Origin: Candidatus Latescibacterota bacterium
Lineage (GTDB): Bacteria > Latescibacterota > UBA2968 > UBA8231
Assembly (NCBI GenBank): GCA_965206595.1
Contig: OZ242214.1
Span: 3,776,001-3,840,000, forward strand
DNA: 64,000 nt
Reading direction: 5' to 3'
Made by a program: the position numbers and the translations under genes. The notes below the pieces were generated by a model. It saw only the letters and a program-made list of their open reading frames with translations. It had not been told where the DNA came from and made no database searches. Shown one piece after another: positions 17,999 to 27,779 of the stretch (its first letter is position 1; each line of letters begins with the position of its first letter).

Positions 17999-19417
17999 TC
18001 AATACTGGCTTTCCCTCGTCGTCAGCGGACACCACCTGAACATATCGAGGTATTCGATCAACGCATCGGTGGCTTCCTGCGTGCCTGCGCGCCTCAACAC
18101 CAGCACCGCCTTCGCCCGAACGTAGCGGTTCTCGTGGTGCAAATACCGGGGCATCCTCGGCACGACTTCGGCAGCCTGCGGACCCAGCTTCGCCAGGGCC
18201 AGCAGACAGTGGCGGACCACCCAATCATCGGGATCGTCGAGGGCGTCGACGAGAGACGGGATCGCCGCCGTCGCCGCGTCCCCGACATTGCCGAGCGCGT
18301 AGGCGGCCCTGATGCGGACCTGGTCGTCCTCGTCTTTCAGAGCAGCCTGCAGTGTTGCGACCGCCGGCGCCGCCGGCAGGCCCATGTCCCCCAGAACATC
18401 GACGGCCGCGGCCCTGGTCTCGGGGCGCTCCGCCCCGGCCGCTTCCTCGAGCGCCGACACCGCCGCCGGGCCGACTGCCGCCAGGCCGTAGCCGGCGTTT
18501 CGCCGCAAGTCCTCGTCGTCGGATGACAACCGCGCAATCAGCCCGGGCACCGCCGGCGCGCCCATGGCAGCGAGGGCATAGGCTGCCTGCAAGCAGGTAG
18601 TCTCATTTCCATCCGAGAGCCGCGCGGCCAGCTCACCGTCATCGCCGCCCTGCCCTCGAGCGCCGGCGCCGTTGCCTCCGGCGCTCCATTCCCACATCGC
18701 TTTCCACATGGGGTCGCGGCGATCGTCCGTTTCCGGCCAACGGAGATCGTCCGAATCCCAGGTCGGCGAATCGGGTTCCTCCATGCGCGCAAAGAGGAAC
18801 TTGAACATGAAACGCTGCCCATTGCCCGTTTTCTCCGACCTGCGATGCCACAGATCGTAGTGAACGATGGTTACGGTGCCGGCTGCCCCACAGAGGGGTA
18901 TCTCCTCTCCCACCTCGGAGTCCGGCTCGCGGTTGTAGTATTGCGAACCGGGAACCACCGTGGTCGGGCCCAGCTCGAGGGTGGTGTCCTGCGGATAGTA
19001 GAAGGCCATGCACCAGCGGGTGCGGTGATGACGCTGACTCCTGCCGTCCTTGTGCAGGGGCGACTGCGCTTCGGCGTGGACAGGACGGCGGTGACAGTAG
19101 CGGTTGGCGTTGAGATCGTATCCGGCCCCCAGTATGCTGCCGAGAGTGCCGCTAACCCTGGGATGGCTGAGGACCTGTTGCAGCTCCGGCACCACCGCAA
19201 GGATGTTGTTTCCCGGATTCCCCGCGATTTCCATCGCTTTCTCCGTGCGCTCGAAGACGGTCTCGTGAAAGTCGGCGGGCATGTCCGCCTCGAAGGTGAT
19301 GCAGCCTTTGCGGAGGAACTCCCGCATGCCATCGTCGCTCAACATTTCCCTGTTGGCCATTTCAGCTGCTCCGTGCCTGACCCGGTAGCCGGGAACGGTT
19401 GTCGTAACGGCGGGCAT
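17999..19417 (-). CDS. PhyH-like dioxygenase fused to C-terminal HEAT repeats (start may be internal, MANREM)
   Basis: N-terminal LHKDG, FYYPQDTTLELGPTTVVPGSQY, VHYDLWHR. C-terminal repeats AAYALAAMG..AVPGL, RAAAVDVLGDMG, VRIRAAYALGNVG. Confidence 0.85.
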   Translation of the reverse strand: MPAVTTTVPGYRVRHGAAEMANREMLSDDGMREFLRKGCITFEADMPADFHETVFERTEKAMEIAGNPGNNILAVVPELQQVLSHPRVSGTLGSILGAGYDLNANRYCHRRPVHAEAQSPLHKDGRSQRHHRTRWCMAFYYPQDTTLELGPTTVVPGSQYYNREPDSEVGEEIPLCGAAGTVTIVHYDLWHRRSEKTGNGQRFMFKFLFARMEEPDSPTWDSDDLRWPETDDRRDPMWKAMWEWSAGGNGAGARGQGGDDGELAARLSDGNETTCLQAAYALAAMGAPAVPGLIARLSSDDEDLRRNAGYGLAAVGPAAVSALEEAAGAERPETRAAAVDVLGDMGLPAAPAVATLQAALKDEDDQVRIRAAYALGNVGDAATAAIPSLVDALDDPDDWVVRHCLLALAKLGPQAAEVVPRMPRYLHHENRYVRAKAVLVLRRAGTQEATDALIEYLDMFRWCPLTTRESQY

Positions 19418-19624
19418 GCGGCATGGCGACCTCCACCTGTTCGATGCGCGAATTGTTCGAGTATGCCCGAATGCTGTTGCAAAAACGTTTTTCTAACCAA
19501 ACTTTCGGCCGACACGCCTCAACAGCACGAGCGAGGCAGGGAATTTCCCCAAACACGACTTCCCGCTCAAGGAAATTCTCTCCCCCCTCCACTGGCAGCC
19601 ATACGAAACCGGGCAATCGCTCCC

Positions 19625-21592
19625 TTGTCTCAAGAAGAATCGGAACAGCCGGCCTCGGGAGTGACGCCGCGTTCGCTGGCGATCGGCGCCGGACTCAGCC
19701 TGGTGATCGGGCTGGGGGTGCCCTACGGCGCCCTGGTCATCATGGGCAGCCAGATGAGCTCGTTGAACGCTCCGGCCGCCTTCTTCCTGTTCTTTTTGTG
19801 GGTCGGCGTCGCCCAGGTGGTGCTGGGATTGATCCACCGCAGGCTCGCCCTTGGCCGGGGAGAGCTGCTGACCATCTACATCATGATGGTCGTCGCCACG
19901 GCGTTTTCGGGCGGCGAGCGCAACGGGTTCTGCCTGATGCTGCTGTCGTCGACCGCCGGTATCCGTTACCTCGCCACGCCGGAAAACAACTGGGGCGAGC
20001 GGGTTCACCCCTACGTCGCCGAGTGGATGGTCCCCCGGGACGAGTTGGGGATCCGCTGGTTTTTCGAGGGGATGCCCGAGGGGGAGTCCATCCCCTGGGA
20101 CATGTGGTTGCCGCCCCTGTTCTGGTGGCTGCTGTTCATGGTGGCGCTGTGGATGGTCAGCATCTGCACCATGGTGATTCTCCGCCGCCAGTGGGTCGAA
20201 CACGAGCACCTGATCTATCCCCTAACCAAGGTTCCCCTGGCGATGGTCGAACCGCCGCCGCAGGGTTCGCTGGTGGCGCCCTTTTTCCGGAAGGGTCTGA
20301 TGTGGGTCGGGTTGCTGATATCGTTCGGCCGCGAGAGCCTCAACGCGCTGAACCACTACTTCCCGTTCGTTCCCGTCATCCCGAGGTATTTCGGGGGAAT
20401 TCAATTACTGCGAGGAACTTCGCGCGCCTATTTCTCGCTGAACCTGATGATCCTGGGGTTCGCCTATTTCCTCAAGGCGGACGTCATGCTCGGGATGTGG
20501 GTGTTCCACCTGCTGCGGCGCCTGCAGGAAGGTGTGCTGCACATGACCGGCGCCGGCATCGGGGAATCGCTGTCCCGCTATGGCGGCGGCGGCGGGGTAA
20601 ACGGAATCCTCGCCCACCAGAGCATAGGGGCGATGATTGCGCTGGTGCTCTTCGGGCTGTGGATCGCACGGGAACATCTGCAGGCGGTTTTCCGCAAGGC
20701 GTTCCGCGGGGACGCGTCCGTCGACGATTCCGGTGAGATCCTGTCCTACCGCACCGCCGTGTGGGGGATGATCGTCGGCCTGGCCGTGATGATCCTGTGG
20801 CTGTGGCGCGCCGGACTTCCCCTGTGGGCGGGGCCGCTGTTCCTGTTCGGGGTGCTGGTGACCTTCGTCAGCCTGACGCGCATCATCGCCGAGGCCGGCC
20901 TGCCCATGGTGTTTCCCCGCAACATCCCCCTGGACTTCGTGGTCTCCGGGATCGGGGTGCGCTACCTGGGGCCTGCGGGGATGGCGGCGCTGGGTCCCAC
21001 GGTGATATGGACGGAATCGCTGGCGAGCACGATGATGGCGCACACCGCCACCGGGTTGAAGCTCAGCGGCGAGATCGCCCATCGGAAGCGCTGGCTGTTG
21101 CTGGCAATCGCCGTCGCCATCGCCGTCTCCGGGATCAGCACCTTCTGGACCTCGTTGGCGATTTCCTATGGCGAGGGGGGAATCAACGTCGCTCGCTTCG
21201 TGGAAGGGTTGCCGGACTTCACCTGGGAGTACGTGGGGCTGCGGGTCGACGAGAACGCGGGACCGAACTGGCTGGGTTGGCTCATCCGGCTGTCCGGGGC
21301 GGGGGTGATGGCGGGCCTTCTCTTTCTGAACCGCCGTTTCCTGTGGTGGCCGCTGCACCCTCTCGGGTTCGTCGTCAGCATGGACCGGGTGATGGACACC
21401 GCCTGGTTTCCGGTCTTTCTGGCCTGGCTGCTGAAGATCGTCCTCCTGAAGTATGGCGGCCTCAAGGCCTATCGGGCGCTGTGGCCCCTGTTCTACGGGT
21501 TGATCCTCGGCCAGTTCGTCGCCGGGGGATTCTGGCTGATCGTCGACTACTTCACGGGGACGACGGGCAATGGACTGGGTATGGCTTACTAG
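19625..21592 (+). CDS. Polytopic membrane protein, DUF6785/DUF6784-like (putative transporter)
   Basis: The coding-like part begins near TTG 19625; the earlier ORF extension overlaps the divergent gene. Many TM helices; motifs ATPENNW, RRQWVEHEHLIYPL, WWPLHPLG, KYGG, PLFYGLILG. Confidence 0.8.
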   Translation: MSQEESEQPASGVTPRSLAIGAGLSLVIGLGVPYGALVIMGSQMSSLNAPAAFFLFFLWVGVAQVVLGLIHRRLALGRGELLTIYIMMVVATAFSGGERNGFCLMLLSSTAGIRYLATPENNWGERVHPYVAEWMVPRDELGIRWFFEGMPEGESIPWDMWLPPLFWWLLFMVALWMVSICTMVILRRQWVEHEHLIYPLTKVPLAMVEPPPQGSLVAPFFRKGLMWVGLLISFGRESLNALNHYFPFVPVIPRYFGGIQLLRGTSRAYFSLNLMILGFAYFLKADVMLGMWVFHLLRRLQEGVLHMTGAGIGESLSRYGGGGGVNGILAHQSIGAMIALVLFGLWIAREHLQAVFRKAFRGDASVDDSGEILSYRTAVWGMIVGLAVMILWLWRAGLPLWAGPLFLFGVLVTFVSLTRIIAEAGLPMVFPRNIPLDFVVSGIGVRYLGPAGMAALGPTVIWTESLASTMMAHTATGLKLSGEIAHRKRWLLLAIAVAIAVSGISTFWTSLAISYGEGGINVARFVEGLPDFTWEYVGLRVDENAGPNWLGWLIRLSGAGVMAGLLFLNRRFLWWPLHPLGFVVSMDRVMDTAWFPVFLAWLLKIVLLKYGGLKAYRALWPLFYGLILGQFVAGGFWLIVDYFTGTTGNGLGMAY

Positions 21593-22882
21593 TGTCATGT
21601 CGTGTAATTAACTGTACAAACAATTGAAAGTGCCGTAGGTTTCCCTTATCCCCCTTCTGAAAGGAGAGACCTATGGTGACGGGGCGTCCATTAACGCCGT
21701 TAGAGCTGAGTCCGTCGGACCGGGAACGACTGGAATCGATGGCCAAATCACGAAGTCTTCCCCACGGATTGGTGCGGCGAGCCGAGATGGTGCTGCTGGC
21801 CGCCGATGGCTGGCCCAATGAAGCGGTCGCTTCCGCGGTGGGTGTGACGCGAGCTACGGTGGGCAAATGGCGCCGGCGTTTTCTCGACAACGGACTCAAT
21901 GGCTTGTATGATGAACTACGTTCAGGGGCGCCGCGATCGATCACGGACGAGCAGGTAGCCGAGGTGGTATACAAGACCCTGAAGACAAGCCCAAAGACGA
22001 AACACAGTGGTCGGTGCGCTCCATGGGCGAAGAAACCGGCCTGACCAAGGACGCGGTTCATCGCATTTGGCGCACGTATGGTTTGCAGCCCCATCGACAC
22101 AAGCGCTTCAAGCTTTGAAGACCAAGCCCAAAGACGAAACACAGTGGTCGGTGCGCTCCATGGGCGAAGAAACCGGCCTGACCAAGGACGCGGTTCATCG
22201 CATTTGGCGCACGTATGGTTTGCAGCCCCATCGACACAAGCGCGATCCTTTCTTTGTCGACAAAGTACGGGATATCGTCGGCTTGTACCTGAATCCCCCC
22301 GAGCACGCCCTGGTGCTGTGCGTGGACGAGAAGAGCCAGATCCAGGCGTTGGAACGAAGTCAGCCCATGCTGCCCCTGGGACTGGGATACGTGGAAGGGA
22401 TTACGCACGACTACAAGCGGCACGGCACCACCACCCTGTTTGCCGCCCTGGACATCGCCACCGGGGAAGTGATGACCCAGTGCAAGCCCCGTCATCGTCA
22501 CCAGGAGTTCCTCCAGTTCCTGCGCCACATCGAGGCCAACGTGCCCGCTGACCTCGATATTCATCTCGTCGTCGACAACTACGCCACGCATAAGCATGCC
22601 AAGGTCAAGCGATGGCTGGCACGGCGTCCCCGATTTCACCTTCACTACACTCCCACGTATGCTTCGTGGCTCAATCAGGTGGAGATCTGGTTCAATATCC
22701 TCACCCGCCAGGCGGTTCGGCGCGATTCGTTCCGCAAGGTGTCGGAGCTCATCGAGCGAATCGAACGCTACACGGCCAAATGGAACGCCAACGCACACCC
22801 TTTCGTCTGGACGGCTACGGCGGATTCCATCCTCGCCAAAATCAAGAGACTTTGTGAACGAATCTCTGCGACAGGACACTAG
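21589..22882 (+). mobile_element. IS630-family insertion sequence
   Basis: Both ends carry CTAG (21589-21592 and 22879-22882). The imperfect terminal inverted repeats are CTAGTGTCATGTCG and CGACAGGACACTAG. The enclosed transposase is IS630-type. Confidence 0.9.
21673..22882 (+). pseudogene. IS630 transposase disrupted by internal tandem duplication and frameshift
   Basis: HTH part MVTGRP...TVGKWRRRF...RSGAPR. DDE part [53 protein letters not shown]. Segment 21980-22106 is repeated at 22116-22243. Confidence 0.85.
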
Positions 22883-23005
22883 TTTCCGGCCAGCTCTTGA
22901 TCCGCGGAAGAGTGTCTTAGGTATTTGTTCTGTAGCAGACAAGGAGCGTGGAATTGCACCCACTTCCGAGAAAGACCTCCATGCGCACTCCCCTGATAAA
23001 CGCCG

Positions 23006-23755
23006 ATGGCTGACCCCCGCGTCGTCATGACCGGCGCCGCCGGCAACGTCGGCACCACCCTGTGGCGGGCCTGGGAGGAAGAAGACCGCTACGAACTCAC
23101 CCTGACCGATCGCCAACCGATCGAGGGGGCACGGTCGAGGACCGAGATCGGCGACGTCCGCGATCCCGGATTCATGCGCAGGATCTGCCGCGACCAGGAC
23201 GTACTCCTTCACCTGGCCTTTCTGAGGGACGGGAACGGACCCGACAGCGGCGCGTCGACCGATATCGGGCTGTCGCTGGCGCTGTGGGAGACCGCCCGCA
23301 ATTCCGGCATCGGCAGGATCGTGTTTGCCAGTACGAACAAGGTCACCAACTGCAACCGGAATGAAGGGGGCCTTTCGGCGTTGCAGACACCGGATCAGTT
23401 CAATCCCGACAGCTGGTACGGCGCCATGAAAGGGATGGCCGAGATCGGCGGCCGCATGATGGCGAATTCCGGTGACATGCGCTTTGTCGCCATCCGCATC
23501 GGCACCTACACGGGGGAAACCGAACCGGACACTCTGCGCGCCTGCGCCTACCTGCTGTCGCCGCGCGACTGCGTCCAGCTCTTCGGCCTCGCCGTGGACT
23601 ACAGGGGACCGGAGAAGTTCATCGTCACCTACGGAACCTCCGGCAACGCCTGGGGCCGTCACCGCGGCCCCCTCGACATCAGCCCGGCGGTCGAAATCCT
23701 CGGATACGAACCCAGGGACAACATGATGCAGTTCCGCAGCCGCTTCGAGAGCTGA
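23006..23755 (+). CDS. NAD-dependent epimerase/dehydrogenase (extended SDR, uronate dehydrogenase-like)
   Basis: MTGAAGNVG, IVFAST, PDSWYGAMKG, IRIG, LSPRDCVQLF. Confidence 0.85.
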   Translation: MADPRVVMTGAAGNVGTTLWRAWEEEDRYELTLTDRQPIEGARSRTEIGDVRDPGFMRRICRDQDVLLHLAFLRDGNGPDSGASTDIGLSLALWETARNSGIGRIVFASTNKVTNCNRNEGGLSALQTPDQFNPDSWYGAMKGMAEIGGRMMANSGDMRFVAIRIGTYTGETEPDTLRACAYLLSPRDCVQLFGLAVDYRGPEKFIVTYGTSGNAWGRHRGPLDISPAVEILGYEPRDNMMQFRSRFES

Positions 23756-23798
23756 CCGGCATGTCGCAACTGCGCCTGGCCCGCAGAATGGAGGAACC

Positions 23799-24623
23799 AT
23801 GATCATCGACGCCCACCTTCACGTCTGGAGCGACGACTTCGAAAGCTATCCCTTTGCCGAGGGGGTGGAGGAGAAGGAAGGAGCACCGGTGGAGCTGTTG
23901 AACGAGACCATGGACGAGGCGGGAGTGGACAAGGCCGTGATCGTCCAGCCGGTCTATTACCTCTACGACAACCGCTACTTGGCGGAGTGTCTGCGGCGTT
24001 TCCCGGGGAAGTTCGCCGCCATCGGTCTGGTCGACCGCCATGCCCCGGATGCGCCCGACCAGCTCCAGCACCTTGTCGAGGAGCACGGGTTCGGCGGCCT
24101 GCGCATTCACCTGTCCCGGCCCGACGATCCTGCGGAATGGGCCGCCCACCACCAGGACCGGACATGGCGGCGGGCGGAGGAGTTGGGGGCCTGCTTCATC
24201 GTCTACGGACCGGCCGCCCTTCTGCCGGCCGTCGAACCCATCATCGCCCGCTTCCCCGGAGTCAAGGTCGTTCTCGACCACATGGGCCGCGCTCCCACCG
24301 ACGAAGATCCACCCTACCCGCTCCTCGGCATCGTCCTGAACCTGGCCCGGTATCCCAACGTGTACGTCAAGTTCACCCCCCAGGGGCTCAGCCCGAAGCT
24401 GCCCTATCCCCACCGGGACACCTTCCCTACCTTCCGGCGAATCTACGATGCCTACGGTCCCGAGCGCCTGATGTGGGGGACCGACTTCCCGCACGTGCTG
24501 AAAACCCCGGGATATCCCCCCGCGCTGGAGCTGTTCCGGACCCACATGGATTTTTTCACCGAGGAGGACAGGGAGTGGCTGTTCTGCAAGACCGCCCTCA
24601 CCGTCTGGACCTTTGCAACCTGA
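23799..24623 (+). CDS. Amidohydrolase 2 family (sugar-lactonase-like)
   Basis: MIIDAHLHVW, GLRIH, VVLDHMG, PNVYVK, RLMWGTDFP. Confidence 0.9.
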   Translation: MIIDAHLHVWSDDFESYPFAEGVEEKEGAPVELLNETMDEAGVDKAVIVQPVYYLYDNRYLAECLRRFPGKFAAIGLVDRHAPDAPDQLQHLVEEHGFGGLRIHLSRPDDPAEWAAHHQDRTWRRAEELGACFIVYGPAALLPAVEPIIARFPGVKVVLDHMGRAPTDEDPPYPLLGIVLNLARYPNVYVKFTPQGLSPKLPYPHRDTFPTFRRIYDAYGPERLMWGTDFPHVLKTPGYPPALELFRTHMDFFTEEDREWLFCKTALTVWTFAT

Positions 24624-24793
24624 GGCTCGATCCGCACCGTCTGCCGGCACCCCGAACCATGGCTTCTCCGGGCACGGGGACGAGCCCCGTACCGTCCCTG
24701 ATAGTTTCCAGCTTCCGCTTTGCCCGGTTCCGACCCTCGTCATTCGCTGACTAAAAAACGATTCCCTGGAAATCGACAAGAACAGGAGAAACG

Positions 24794-26578
24794 ATGGACA
24801 TGACCGCGCATTCGAGTGCACAGGACGCTCCGACCGTTCTTCCCGACGGGACCCGGTTCCCGATCTGGGATGATGAGACGGACTACCGGAAAGCCTACTA
24901 CGTCGACCAGCAGCACCCCGGAGCCTCCGACGACAACCCGGGCACGGAAGAGGCGCCCTTTTTCACCATCCAGCGAGCCGCCGAGGCCGTCGGGCCGGCA
25001 GAGAAGGTGCTGATCAAGTCGGGGGTCTACCGCGAGTGGGTCCACCCGCTCCGCGGCGGCACGGGGACCGGGGGTATGGTCGGTTTCGAGGCGGCTCCCG
25101 GCGCCGAGGCCGTTATCCGCGGATCCCGGGTGCTGAGCGACCCGTGGACCAATCTGGAGGAGCCCCATTCGGTCAGCGTGTGGAGGACGGAGCTGCCCGA
25201 GTCCTTCTTCGCAGGGGATCATCCCTTTGCCGTGGTCAACACCACCGACGAGGACTTCGAGCTCATGCGCTGGGCGCGCGGGTCCAAGGGGATTGTCCCG
25301 CACAGTTTGCCCCGCGCCCTGGTCTTCCAGGACGGCCGGAGGCTGACCCAGCTGAGCGCGCTGGCGGACCTTGCCCGGGTGCCAGGGGCGTTCTGGATCG
25401 ACTCGGAGGACCGCAAGCTGTACCTGCATCCCTTCGACCGCCGCCACCCCGACGCCTGCGAAATCGAGGCCACCACCCAACAGTTTCTGTTCAACCCGAA
25501 GGTCAGGGGGCTGGGGTACATCCGCATCAGCGGGTTGACCTTCGAGCACGCCGGCAACGGCTTCATCCGCTCCGGAAACGGGGCGGTGGCGGCCTGGGGA
25601 GGCCACCACTGGATCATCGAGGACAACACCGTCCGTCACATCAATTCGGTGGGCATCGAGATCGGCGGCTTCACCGACGAGCGGGCCGAGGATGAAAACC
25701 GCGATAAACTGGATGAGACGACGGGCGGCCATCTGGTCAGGCGCAATCACGTGTACGACTGCGGCACGGGCGGCATTCAGGGAACCGTCGTTCCGAGAAG
25801 CCTGGTGGCCGGCAACCACATCCACGACTGCGGCTGGCAGGAGGTTCAGTCCTACCAGGAAACCGCAGGTATCAAGATCCTGCTCACCCTCGACACGGTG
25901 GTACAGTGCAATCACATCCACCACTGTTACGCCGCCCCGGGAATCTGGATGGATTTCGTCAACCGGAATTCCCGGGTGTGCCGCAACCTGCTGCACGACA
26001 TCGCGACCTTCAACGGGGCGATCTTCTTCGAGGCCTCCAACGTCCCCAACCTGATCGACCACAACGTCATCTACAACGTGAAGGCGGGCAGCGGCATTTA
26101 CCAGCGGGACTGCGACCAGCTTCTGATCGCCCACAACCTCGTACGGAACTGCGACCATGCCGGGATCCACATGCGCAAGACGCCGACAAGGGACCGCGTT
26201 GGCGTCTGCAAGGACAACCGCGTGATCAACAACATCCTCGCGAACTGTTCGCTGGCGTTCGACTACGAGGTCATGGAGAACGTCTCGGACAACAACATCC
26301 TCTCCGGGATGGGCGAGGGGTTCGGCCTGGAGGACTGGCAGGCATCCGGTCTCGACATTCACAGTCGAACCGCCCGACTCGAGATGGCGATCGATCCAGG
26401 GTACCAGCTTCTCACCTGGTCGTCGGCGACCGATGCGGTCCCGACTGTGCCGCGCGACGAGCTGTTGAATTGCGACTACTTCGGCGGTTCGTATCCCGGG
26501 GATGAAGTCCCGGTCGGTCCCTTTACCGAAGGCTTGAGCGCGGTGCCCCGCCGGCTGCGGCTGGCACCCGGCAGATGA
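24794..26578 (+). CDS. Right-handed parallel beta-helix protein with N-terminal DUF1565-like segment
   Basis: ASDDNPGTEEAPFFTIQRAA...IKSGVYRE, then repeated N-ladder strands (IIEDNTVRH, VRRNHVYDCG, VAGNHIHDCG, GIWMD, IDHNVIYN). No signal peptide visible. Confidence 0.85.
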   Translation: MDMTAHSSAQDAPTVLPDGTRFPIWDDETDYRKAYYVDQQHPGASDDNPGTEEAPFFTIQRAAEAVGPAEKVLIKSGVYREWVHPLRGGTGTGGMVGFEAAPGAEAVIRGSRVLSDPWTNLEEPHSVSVWRTELPESFFAGDHPFAVVNTTDEDFELMRWARGSKGIVPHSLPRALVFQDGRRLTQLSALADLARVPGAFWIDSEDRKLYLHPFDRRHPDACEIEATTQQFLFNPKVRGLGYIRISGLTFEHAGNGFIRSGNGAVAAWGGHHWIIEDNTVRHINSVGIEIGGFTDERAEDENRDKLDETTGGHLVRRNHVYDCGTGGIQGTVVPRSLVAGNHIHDCGWQEVQSYQETAGIKILLTLDTVVQCNHIHHCYAAPGIWMDFVNRNSRVCRNLLHDIATFNGAIFFEASNVPNLIDHNVIYNVKAGSGIYQRDCDQLLIAHNLVRNCDHAGIHMRKTPTRDRVGVCKDNRVINNILANCSLAFDYEVMENVSDNNILSGMGEGFGLEDWQASGLDIHSRTARLEMAIDPGYQLLTWSSATDAVPTVPRDELLNCDYFGGSYPGDEVPVGPFTEGLSAVPRRLRLAPGR

Positions 26579-26597
26579 TCCGCAGGAGTCGAACGCA

Positions 26598-27296
26598 ATG
26601 CGCATTCTCGTAACCGGTGCCGCCGGCCAGGTCGGCGGCGCCGTGGCACGCGGCCTGCTGAAACGCCACCAGGTGCGCGGTCACGACCGCCGGCCCATGC
26701 CCGAGCTCGATGACACCGTCGTCAGCGACCTGAGCGATTTCGATGCCGTCCTCGAGGCCACCCGCGGCGTCGATGGGGTAGCCCACATCGGAGGCCTGCC
26801 GGGAGGCGACGAGTGGGAGGCCATCCACCAGAGCAACATAATCGGCACCTACAACGTGTTCGAAGCCTGCCGCCGCAACGGCGTCAGGCGCGTGGCCTTC
26901 GCGAGCCGCATCGGCGTGTATGGCGAGTTTCCGCGGGGGGTCACCCTTTCCGTGGACCTCGTACCCACCCCCGTCGGCTTCTACACCATTAGCAAGGTCT
27001 TCGGCGAATCGATCGCGTACTCCTATGCCAGCGAGCACGGCATGGGTTGCGTCTGCGTCCGCATCGGCAGCTTCACCCTGGAGCGCGACCAGCCGGAGTC
27101 CCCCCTCCATCTCAGCCACGGCGACTGCGTGCGGGTGTTCGAACAGGCGCTGGTGCACCCCGGGGTGACCTTCGCCGTCGTCTTCGGTGTATCCGACAGC
27201 AACTGGCCGCTCTACGATCTGGACCACGGCCGCCGGGTTATCGGATACCACCCGCAGGACCGGTCCTTCGTTCCGGAAGACAAGTGGCGGAAGTAG
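26598..27296 (+). CDS. NAD-dependent epimerase/dehydrogenase (uronate dehydrogenase-like)
   Basis: MRILVTGAAGQVG, NIIGTYNVFEACRRNGVRRVAFAS, FYTISKVFGE, VRIG, LSHGDC, FGVSD. Confidence 0.88.
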   Translation: MRILVTGAAGQVGGAVARGLLKRHQVRGHDRRPMPELDDTVVSDLSDFDAVLEATRGVDGVAHIGGLPGGDEWEAIHQSNIIGTYNVFEACRRNGVRRVAFASRIGVYGEFPRGVTLSVDLVPTPVGFYTISKVFGESIAYSYASEHGMGCVCVRIGSFTLERDQPESPLHLSHGDCVRVFEQALVHPGVTFAVVFGVSDSNWPLYDLDHGRRVIGYHPQDRSFVPEDKWRK

Positions 27297-27779
27297 ATCC
27301 GGCCAGGGTTTCCCGTTGCCGATCCAAGGGCCCGGGGTCGCTGAGCGCCTGACGGGTTGGCGGCGACCCGGCGCAGACTCAAGGGGACGGCAAGCTCTAC
27401 CCCGGCAGCGTCGGCGCAATGCTACCGCGGTTTCGGCGCGCAGCAGAATTTGGCGGCTCCGCGGCACTCGAACGGGAGCTTTGGAATCTCCTTTTTTTGC
27501 CTTACATTGGCTGCGTTTTCCCCGGGCGGCAGCTACCGCAAGGGTCGGACCCAGGCAGTTCGAATCTTTCAGGATCTCCCTTGTGTGATCGAGTCGCGAG
27601 AGTGGAATTCTCCATGGGTCTCCATGCGCTCCACCTGTGCGACCCCGGGTCCGAGAGCGGACCGGGGCATGGAACCGGAACTATAGGAACCGTAAGAAAC
27701 CAGCGGTTACCTTCGAGCAGCAGGAAGACGAAGAAAAAGAGATATAGCAAGAGGCCAATCCTGCGAAAGGAGCAATGCA

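Noticed and set aside
18845-19624. N-terminal 260-aa extension of the 915-aa ORF
   Set aside because: It overlaps the divergent PhyH-HEAT gene. The paralog at 60443 shows the protein begins near 19625.
27300-27779. Possible cobalamin or other riboswitch, or ECF promoter, upstream of exbB (hairpins, repeated GGAAC)
   Set aside because: No B12-box or other aptamer consensus was recognised, and the GGAAC-CGTAA spacing looks too short. An Rfam scan would be needed.
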